Assembly (NCBI GenBank): GCA_004212155.1
Contig: RXIG01000015.1
Span: forward strand, 1-64,000
Reading direction: 5' to 3'
Length of the DNA stretch: 64,000 bases
Source of the DNA: an archaeon
GTDB lineage: Archaea > Methanobacteriota_B > Thermococci > Methanofastidiosales > NM3
A model generated the notes under the pieces. That model searched no databases, was not told the origin of the DNA, and was given only the letters and a program-made list of their open reading frames with translations. This document shows positions 57,052-64,000 of the stretch, piece after piece. Positions within the stretch are counted from its first letter, which is position 1, and each line of letters starts with the position of its first letter. A program made the translations under genes and the position numbers.

Positions 57052-57975
57052 CTAATCCCTCAGGCGCTTTCCCGTGAGGGATATGAAGACATCGTCGAGC
57101 GTTGGTTCAACAGAGGTAATGGACTTGATGGGTCTTCCCTCAAGAGCCTTGGCGATATCGAGAAGGAGTCCATCGCGGTCCTCGATGTAGAGCTTGAGCT
57201 CGCCGCGGGAGAAGAACGCATTCTTGATACCTGCAATAGACCCCACGTCGTTGATGACCTGCTCATCCTCCTCGATCTGGATCGTGATGATGTTTTCGTG
57301 CTTCAACTGGCTCTTGAGCTTGGCAGGCGTGTCGATCGCCTGGATAACGCCCTCGTCGATGATTGCGACACGGTCGCAGAGATAATCTGCCTCCTCCATG
57401 TAGTGCGTCGTGAGGAAGACCGTTATCCCCTTCTTGTTCACTTGCTTGATAAAGTCCCACATCATGCGCCTGGCCTGTGTATCCATGCCTGTGGTCGGTT
57501 CGTCGAGGAACAAGACCTTTGGGTCGTGCAACAAGCCAAGAATGACGTTAAGGCGCTGTTTCATACCACCCGAGAAGTCCTTGACTAGCGTCTTCTTACG
57601 CTCTGCCAACCCCATCGCCTCGAGGAGATGGTGTGAGCGCTCATTCAACTCCTTTCCCGGAACGTTGTATAATGTGCCGTACAATCGCAGATTCTGTTCA
57701 GCGGTCAGGAGGTCGTTGAGCGAGAGCTCTTGTGGAACGATACCTATCATCTCCCTGATGCGCTTTTTGTCAAGAACGTTCACGCCGCATACGTACGCCT
57801 CCCCACTCGTTGGTTTGAGCTGCCCCGTGAGCATGTTGATCGTCGTACTCTTTCCTGCGCCGTTCGGTCCGAGGAAGCCGAAGATCTCGCCCTCCTTGAC
57901 GCCAAAGGATATTCCTCGAACAGCCTTGAATGATCCGTATTGCTTTTCCAAGTTCGATACTTCGATAGAGTTCAT
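57052..57975 (-). CDS. ABC-2 exporter ATP-binding protein
   Basis: GPNGAGKST, FSGGMKQR, LDEPT, TTHYMEEA, EPTLDDVF. Confidence 0.93.
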   Translation of the reverse strand: MNSIEVSNLEKQYGSFKAVRGISFGVKEGEIFGFLGPNGAGKSTTINMLTGQLKPTSGEAYVCGVNVLDKKRIREMIGIVPQELSLNDLLTAEQNLRLYGTLYNVPGKELNERSHHLLEAMGLAERKKTLVKDFSGGMKQRLNVILGLLHDPKVLFLDEPTTGMDTQARRMMWDFIKQVNKKGITVFLTTHYMEEADYLCDRVAIIDEGVIQAIDTPAKLKSQLKHENIITIQIEEDEQVINDVGSIAGIKNAFFSRGELKLYIEDRDGLLLDIAKALEGRPIKSITSVEPTLDDVFISLTGKRLRD

Positions 57976-59165
57976 GCAGCCTCACCCCTGTTGAGCATCA
58001 TCATGCCCACGAAGAAAAATGCCACGGTAAACGCGCAGGCCACTGCAAGAGGCGTTGCGACCTCTGACAGGGACATCCCACGCACCATGACGTCCCTGAG
58101 CGCTTGGTTGATGTAGGTGAGGGGGAATATCTTCGAGATCGTGTTCATCCACCCCTGGGAGACGGTAAAGAATATGCCCGAAAGTATCATCATCGGGAAG
58201 TTGACAAGCATCGCCAGTTGCGATGACTCATCCGCGGTCTTGGCCACCGTTGCGATGAGGAGGCCAATACCTATCATTACCAGCGTCCCGACGATAATGA
58301 TGCCATAGACCAGCCACAACGACCCTGCGATATGGAGGTCGTAGAGCGTTACCGCCATGAGGAGCAGTATGGTTACCTGGAAGAGTATGATGACCATCTG
58401 GGAGATCATGTCCCCCGCAAGTAGCGATCCGCGGGAGACAGGTGTTGACAGCAGCCGCCTGCGTATGCCCTTCACCCTGTCCTCGACGATACCCTCTGCC
58501 GTGCCCGTCACGCCCGTCCACAAGATCGCGAGCGAGACGATGCCGGGGACGATGAAGTCGATATATTGCAAATCGGTCTCCTCCTTCGCATCGGCCGGCT
58601 TGACGTTCGTTGATATGGGTGATGCAATCGTCTTGATGAAATCTACCTGGTTGGTAGTGAGCACTCCATCTGTGACGGCGTTGTCAAGTTGCTGAATGAA
58701 GATCGACTGGGAAAACCCGCTTACAACGCTGTTGGTGACACCGAGCGCAACGCTTTGCTCGTTCGGGTCGGCCAGGGTGTCATAGAACACGGGGATGTCG
58801 ACAGGGTCGTCGTGTCGTGGGGTCATCGACTCGGGCAAAAAGATCACCAGCACCGCATCGTATTCATCAATGAGGCGTGCGGCCTGTTCGTTCATGGCGG
58901 CACCGGTATCGGTAACGCGTTTTGCCCTTACCGCGTCGATATCATTGAATTGGGCAGAGAACGCTTCGACCATGGGGTCTGTTATGCCACCCGCCGGTTC
59001 GACTATGACCGTGTCTATCGTGATATAGGCGTTGTCGCCACCAAACGCGCTCCCAAAGAGCAGCATGAATATGAGAGGATATGCCACGAGGAAAACGAGC
59101 AATTTCTTCTGATGCCACGTTTCCATGAGCCCCCTCCACGCTATGATTGCAATGTTGTGTACCAT
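57972..59165 (-). CDS. ABC-2 exporter permease
   Basis: N-terminal TM helix, extracellular loop, Y.DF.VPG, P...LSG.FF, PLTY. Confidence 0.9.
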   Translation of the reverse strand: MVHNIAIIAWRGLMETWHQKKLLVFLVAYPLIFMLLFGSAFGGDNAYITIDTVIVEPAGGITDPMVEAFSAQFNDIDAVRAKRVTDTGAAMNEQAARLIDEYDAVLVIFLPESMTPRHDDPVDIPVFYDTLADPNEQSVALGVTNSVVSGFSQSIFIQQLDNAVTDGVLTTNQVDFIKTIASPISTNVKPADAKEETDLQYIDFIVPGIVSLAILWTGVTGTAEGIVEDRVKGIRRRLLSTPVSRGSLLAGDMISQMVIILFQVTILLLMAVTLYDLHIAGSLWLVYGIIIVGTLVMIGIGLLIATVAKTADESSQLAMLVNFPMMILSGIFFTVSQGWMNTISKIFPLTYINQALRDVMVRGMSLSEVATPLAVACAFTVAFFFVGMMMLNRGEAA

Positions 59166-59415
59166 GATATCACCAGGAGTAGTAACATTTTGATGGATGC
59201 GTCGCTTATTTTTATTATTTTCTATAAATAGTGAGAATTAATCAAAAAAGGAATAAAGATACAAAGATCACACTTGATAAAACAATGGAAAAGCAGATAC
59301 CATATGAATAATCATTCGCAGAAAATGGTGACTTGTCATCCAGGTTGCTAGATGCCTAGGGCAGAAAAGATGTGAGCTCGGCCCGTGTACGCCTCGATCG
59401 AATGAAGGTCCGGAG

Positions 59416-59489
59416 CGGACCCGCCGGGATTCGAACCCGGGATCTTCGGCTTAGAAGGCCGACGCCATATCCAACTTGGCCACGGGCCC
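59416..59489 (-). tRNA. tRNA-Arg(TCT)
   Basis: GGGCCCG...TCGGC-CT-TCT-AA-GCCGA...GGTTCGAATCC; starts 9 bp after the rps3ae stop. Confidence 0.94.
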
Positions 59490-59498
59490 ACAGAGTGT

Positions 59499-60074
59499 CT
59501 ATTTGAGCTTTTTGACCTTGAGGACCTCGACACGTCTCAGTGGATAGATCTTCTTCGCCTTCTTGTAGATATCAGACGTGATCTTACCCAAGATGAGTTC
59601 CTGTATCAATGGCACCATTTCCATCTGGGAGGCGGTCTCTTTCATGTGCGCCTCTATGAGGTCCTTTACCGCTTCTGTCTGGGAGCTCTGCATGCGGCGT
59701 GGTGCGATAGCGCTGATCGTGACGCGTAGCTTCTTCCCATCCTTCGTCCGAAGGTCGAGTATGTTGTCGAGCTTCGTGTTGTTCCTTCGGGTCTGTGAAC
59801 GGATGTAGGAACGGAGCAATTCGTGCTGCTTGAACTCGGTATATGCGTTCTCACCCTGCACCTCATTGATGCTAAAGTACAGTTTGACATGGGATTTAGA
59901 GAAGTCCCCTGTCAGGTCTCGCAACGACGTCATCATGGTCCTGCCGACCAAGTTATCTGGGTTATTGGAAACTACTTCTCCAAGGCTCTGCTTGCCAAAC
60001 ATATCGGGAGCGTAGACGTTGTACCACTTCTTCGCTTTCCATGTATCTTTCATCTGTCCGGATCTTCTTGCCAT
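59499..60074 (-). CDS. rps3ae: 30S ribosomal protein S3Ae (eS1)
   Basis: KD.WK.KKWY.V.AP..F, GR....L.DLTGD, K.IYPLRRVEV.K. Confidence 0.95.
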   Translation of the reverse strand: MARRSGQMKDTWKAKKWYNVYAPDMFGKQSLGEVVSNNPDNLVGRTMMTSLRDLTGDFSKSHVKLYFSINEVQGENAYTEFKQHELLRSYIRSQTRRNNTKLDNILDLRTKDGKKLRVTISAIAPRRMQSSQTEAVKDLIEAHMKETASQMEMVPLIQELILGKITSDIYKKAKKIYPLRRVEVLKVKKLK

Positions 60075-60393
60075 AATCTCACCATAGACGCGTGTATATA
60101 TAAACGTTGATAACAAAGGCGGATGGTGTTTACTTTTAATAAACCCTTTTTAACGTTTTCGGATTTATAAGTGTGCCATCCCAATTCTTTTCACTAGAGG
60201 TGGCGAAACGAGTATATAAACCTATTCAATCCCTTATGATAACACAATCCCAGATAAATGGTATTTTTGGATTAGGCATCCGACACTTCGCCGTTTTGCT
60301 GTCACACCGCCACAAAAAAGGATGAAAAAAGCATCAGTAAGCCCTGTAACGTGCAGATTCCCGTTCGAATGCATCGCCATTCATGACGAAACT

Positions 60394-60401
60394 TTTATAA
60401 A
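60394..60401 (+). promoter_or_regulatory. Archaeal TATA box (with BRE) of tRNA-Glu
   Basis: CGAAAC-TTTTATAAA ending 23 bp before the tRNA. Confidence 0.6.
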
Positions 60402-60424
60402 CAAAAGAGAGATTTTCATACTGT

Positions 60425-60499
60425 GCTCCGATAGTGTAGTCCGGTCAATCATCCAGCCCTTTCGAGGCTGAGACCCGGGTTCGAATCCCGGTCGGAGCA
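60425..60499 (+). tRNA. tRNA-Glu(TTC)
   Basis: GCTCCGATAGTGTAG...CAGCC-CT-TTC-GA-GGCTG...TCGGAGCA. Confidence 0.95.
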
Positions 60500-60548
60500 C
60501 CTTTTATAAATCGATAGCTTTTTATTGGTCTTTTTGGTCGTATCTATC

Positions 60549-60905
60549 ATGGCAACGGTCCTGATTGTCGATGATGAGGAAGATATTCGTTTCATCTACA
60601 CGCGGGCACTCGGGAAAAAGTACAACGTCTTGGCTGCCGAGAACGGGCAGAAGGCGATCGACCTCTACAAGCAGCATTCTCCCGATGTCGTGATAATGGA
60701 CAGCAGGATGCCGGATATGGAGGGCATCGATGCAACCCGAGAGATCATATCATACGATGCCCATGCATGCATCATTGGTGCGACGGGGTACAGCGACCTT
60801 AGCTCCGAATTTAAGGATGCTGGCGCCGTAAGCGTCATAGAAAAGCCATTCTCACTCGAAACCCTTATGAAAACAGTAGAGAAGTATATCGGCGGCGACG
60901 TATAA
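60549..60905 (+). CDS. Single-domain CheY-like response regulator
   Basis: VLIVDDE, PDVVIMD..MP, ATG, EKPF. Confidence 0.9.
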   Translation: MATVLIVDDEEDIRFIYTRALGKKYNVLAAENGQKAIDLYKQHSPDVVIMDSRMPDMEGIDATREIISYDAHACIIGATGYSDLSSEFKDAGAVSVIEKPFSLETLMKTVEKYIGGDV

Positions 60906-61005
60906 GATACCATATCGGGCCGCATTCTTGTATAATCTCCATTTATGTGCGAAGCCATATAACAAAAGACTTTTAAAGAGACATTATAATGGTAGTATCG
61001 AACGC

Positions 61006-61080
61006 AGCGGGGTGGGGCAGTTAGGAGTGCCCGGCGGGCCCATAACCCGCAGGTCAGTGGTTCAAATCCACTCCCCGCTA
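61006..61080 (+). tRNA. Initiator tRNA-Met(CAT)
   Basis: A1:U72 pair, three G-C pairs (GGG/CCC) closing the anticodon loop, AGCGGGGTGGGG 5' end; loop reads CC-CAT-AA. Confidence 0.93.
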
Positions 61081-61253
61081 CCTTTTATTTACATCATCCT
61101 TACCGAATATGATACCCTATTTCACCCTTATTGTTGGGACGGGTGTCATACGTGGACAGATAATACAAATAATCTATCGTTTATCTTGCACGTGGAGCGC
61201 ATAAAAAGAAAAACTATTTAAACATGCACAAGGACTATAAAAAAGGGATAGAA

Positions 61254-61460
61254 ATGAGAATATCAAAATACTATGGATTGAAGATCTTCAACGACAAGGC
61301 TGAATATGTCGGCATAGTGAACGACGTCGTGCTCGAGTTCACCAAGGGCGAGGTCTTTGGGTTGGCCGTGGGGCAGGAACAGGGCATCGAGAACACCGCC
61401 ATACCCTACAATGATGTCATAGCGGTTAGCGATATCGTCCTTGTCAGGTCACAGCGATAG
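61254..61460 (+). CDS. PRC-barrel domain protein
   Basis: IS.YYG..IF....YVG.V.D, IPY..V.AV.DIVLV. Confidence 0.85.
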   Translation: MRISKYYGLKIFNDKAEYVGIVNDVVLEFTKGEVFGLAVGQEQGIENTAIPYNDVIAVSDIVLVRSQR

Positions 61461-61466
61461 GGCGCA

Positions 61467-62711
61467 TCAAATTTCGTCCATCTTCTTTCCAAGCAGGAAC
61501 GTTCCGTTCTGGATCATCTTCTGTAATCGTTTGGCCAACTGATTGGCACGCGACCTGTTCGACTGCCTGAGCGTTATCGGCACGTCGGTTCCCTCTATTT
61601 CCATCGTCCCGCACGAACCTACGAACGCCCCCCCTGGGCATATCGTCACGCACGCTCCGCAATTGTAACAACGCATCTTGTCGATGCCGCGCTTTGTCGT
61701 GAATGCATTGGTCGGGCAAAGCGTTTCGACATCACACACCTTGCAATCGATGCATTTCTCAAAGACGTATCTGACCTCGTGGTCCTTATCCCGCCAGACG
61801 TCCCCATACGTGCCAGAGGCAAAAGGTATTCGATTGTGTATCTCGGCGATCGGCAGCTCGATGTCATCGTCAGACACGCGAAGGTATGGCATGGTGGTCT
61901 CGGTCACGGGGATCGGTACCGCAACCGATGTGATGCATTCTGGTGTCTTTGACGTCTTGAAGCCCCCCATGTACTTTGATTCCATGTCACGAAGATCGCC
62001 ATAAACGGAGAGGTTGGGCTTTTCAGGAGTGCTGCGCGTTCCCTGACCGATGACATATCCTCTGCCCCCGTTTAGCAGTATCCTCGTGCCAACGCCGATG
62101 GTGGAGAGGAGTGGGTCGTTTTCGACAGGATTGACCTCGCCGCATCCGCTTACCGACACCTCCTTGTACGGCCCCTTCAGGCCTGTGACGGAAAATATCG
62201 TCTTGACAGGGTCAGGCTCGCCATTTACGAAGGCCACATAGTTCTTGAAGGCGCCGCGCGTGGTAAGGAGCTTTGAATAGACAAGGTCTTCAAGCGTGAC
62301 GTGATTCTCGAATATGTTACCATCCGCCTCGACGCGGACCTCTATCTCCTTGCCTTCGACGAGGTCACGAAGCACGTGACCTCCACCGTACTCCATGTTG
62401 GCATACGAAGTGCCATAGAGCAGGACATCCACGATGCCAAGGCTCTCGTTGGGGCACGGACCGGGATGTGCCGGGACCCCATTGAACCAAAACGATTCAG
62501 CCTTCCTGAACACCCCCTTCTCGGCCACGGGCACGGTAAGGGCTGCGACGGTGCCGGACATGATGCCACACGTGGCCGTCGTCACGACATCGACAGTAGA
62601 GGGCGAGACATCCTCTCCCTCGCGCAAAAGGCCCTTGAGCTCCTCAGCACTGTATACGACGGCCTCGCCCTTCTCAATCCTCCTGTTAATCTCCTCGATA
62701 GACTTGACCAT
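61467..62711 (-). CDS. Methanogenesis marker 16 metalloprotein (DUF39 plus 4Fe-4S)
   Basis: VDVVTTATCGIMSGT, GPCPNE.LG, SGCGE.NP.ENDP, CIDCKVC...CP / CYNCGAC...CP, LRQS.R. Confidence 0.85.
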   Translation of the reverse strand: MVKSIEEINRRIEKGEAVVYSAEELKGLLREGEDVSPSTVDVVTTATCGIMSGTVAALTVPVAEKGVFRKAESFWFNGVPAHPGPCPNESLGIVDVLLYGTSYANMEYGGGHVLRDLVEGKEIEVRVEADGNIFENHVTLEDLVYSKLLTTRGAFKNYVAFVNGEPDPVKTIFSVTGLKGPYKEVSVSGCGEVNPVENDPLLSTIGVGTRILLNGGRGYVIGQGTRSTPEKPNLSVYGDLRDMESKYMGGFKTSKTPECITSVAVPIPVTETTMPYLRVSDDDIELPIAEIHNRIPFASGTYGDVWRDKDHEVRYVFEKCIDCKVCDVETLCPTNAFTTKRGIDKMRCYNCGACVTICPGGAFVGSCGTMEIEGTDVPITLRQSNRSRANQLAKRLQKMIQNGTFLLGKKMDEI

Positions 62712-62823
62712 TCGATCCGACCCCTCACAAGACTTATCTCACGGAAGAAAAGAAAAAATACCTAGTTTGAAGATAGAAAGAGAGTATATTTAAATATTGT
62801 CCTGTCGATTCGATAGTGATGTC

Positions 62824-63876
62824 ATGAGACGTTTTTCGATACGCCAATCCAAGAAAAGCGGCCTTCCGCCAGGCACGCTCATTCATGTGGGGCAAAGACA
62901 TGTTGAGCATCCTTCGATATGGGTCATGGACTATGCGCCCGACCATCTTGATGAGCATACAGACATTCGCATCGATGATGCGCTGGCATGGCTCAAAAGC
63001 CCCAACGTGACGTGGTTGAACGTTGTCGGGCTCGATGCCGACTTCATAGGGCAGATCGGGAACGCACTTAACGTACATCCGCTCGTTCTCGAGGACATCC
63101 TCAACACCGACCACCGTCCGAAGGTCGAGGAGTATGATGATTACTTGTTCATCGTATGCAAGGCCCCGCGCCACGATGACGGGGTTGCCGTGGAGCAGCT
63201 CAGCATGATCCTCTTCGGCACGGGCGTTGTATGCTTCCATGAAAGGGGCAGTGATTTATTCAACGCATTGCAGGAACGGATTCGCTCACAACGGGGCTTC
63301 ATACGTTCAAAGGGTGTCGACTACCTTGCCTACAGCATCCTCGATACGATAATCGACTCGTACTTCGTGACGGTGGAAATGATCAATGACACAGTCGATG
63401 ACCTCGAGGAGACGCTCGTGACGGAGCCTACGACGGACACGCTTCAGGCATTGCAGCACTGCAAACGCCATGCCATCATGCTCAGGAAGGCCATCTTTCC
63501 CATGAGGGAGGTCGCGTTCAGCCTGGAGAAGATAGGTGCTCCTTTTTTTGGTAGTGATGTGCGCCCCTACCTTCGTGACGTCTACGACCACTGCATACAG
63601 ATCATGGACACGATAGAATCGATAAAGGACATGCTCTCTGGAATGCTTGACATCTACCTTTCTAGCACGAGCAACAAGCTCAACGAAGTGATGAAGGTCC
63701 TCACCATCATCTCAACCATGTTCATACCGATGACGTTCCTCGCGGGCGTATACGGCATGAACTTCATCCACATGCCCGAGCTCCAATGGCGGTATGCATA
63801 TCCGGCAGTGCTATTGGTAATGGCCTCGATCGCCGGGGTTATGGCCTTGTTTTTCAAAAAGAGAGGGTGGTGGTGA
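62824..63876 (+). CDS. corA: Magnesium/cobalt transporter CorA
   Basis: GLPPG.L, HPL.LEDI, RPK.E, N.VMK.LT, YGMNF..MPEL. Confidence 0.95.
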   Translation: MRRFSIRQSKKSGLPPGTLIHVGQRHVEHPSIWVMDYAPDHLDEHTDIRIDDALAWLKSPNVTWLNVVGLDADFIGQIGNALNVHPLVLEDILNTDHRPKVEEYDDYLFIVCKAPRHDDGVAVEQLSMILFGTGVVCFHERGSDLFNALQERIRSQRGFIRSKGVDYLAYSILDTIIDSYFVTVEMINDTVDDLEETLVTEPTTDTLQALQHCKRHAIMLRKAIFPMREVAFSLEKIGAPFFGSDVRPYLRDVYDHCIQIMDTIESIKDMLSGMLDIYLSSTSNKLNEVMKVLTIISTMFIPMTFLAGVYGMNFIHMPELQWRYAYPAVLLVMASIAGVMALFFKKRGWW

Positions 63877-64000
63877 CTACCGTCGCCTTTTTGTTAGTAT
63901 GCGTTTGAGCTGTGTTCCGCAGATTTCACAGACGTAGTCCGATTCTGAGTCATAGGTGCGGCCGCATCCAGGACATCGCTTCTTCCATGTGACGACTGTT
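63877..64000 (-). CDS. Partial CDS: C-terminal zinc ribbon, probably archaeal Nob1-type nuclease
   Basis: ...WKKRCPGCGRTY......CEICGTQLKR..* running off the window edge. Confidence 0.65.
   Translation of the reverse strand, partial: TVVTWKKRCPGCGRTYDSESDYVCEICGTQLKRILTKRRR

Noticed and set aside
1-64000. CRISPR array, inteins, selenocysteine or pyrrolysine readthrough
   Set aside because: No repeat-spacer periodicity; GyrA, PolB and Tes have normal lengths; no gene needs an in-frame TGA or TAG readthrough to be complete

Overview
Chromosomal window of a euryarchaeon with no CRISPR array, prophage or intact transposase. SepRS, an archaeal AsnRS-like asparagine synthetase, McrA-thioamidation-type YcaO, methanogenesis marker 16, an MtaA-family methyltransferase, Tes and gyrA together suggest (inference) a Thermococci-related methanogen lineage such as Ca. 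Methanofastidiosia. I find about 60 CDSs and ten tRNA genes, one of them tRNA-Trp with a long C/D-guide intron. Most notable: (i) a compact C50 bacterioruberin-type carotenoid cluster (crtI/D-crtB-lyeJ plus divergent cruF) with only one desaturase; (ii) a SipW-like peptidase operon with DUF1102-like and DUF5305 proteins, a candidate surface-fibre system; (iii) a methyltransferase, class II photolyase, TIGR03916-type radical SAM and DUF4130 DNA-repair run inside a stress-gene region; (iv) a bacterial Pol II-like PolB carrying a PCNA PIP box; (v) an initiator tRNA with C33, plus genes whose homologous N-terminus begins at ATC/ATT; (vi) a three-gene two-component module ending in a REC-winged-HTH regulator; (vii) a decayed TnpB 3' remnant upstream of truD. 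All family calls come from motif recognition by eye; no database searches were run.
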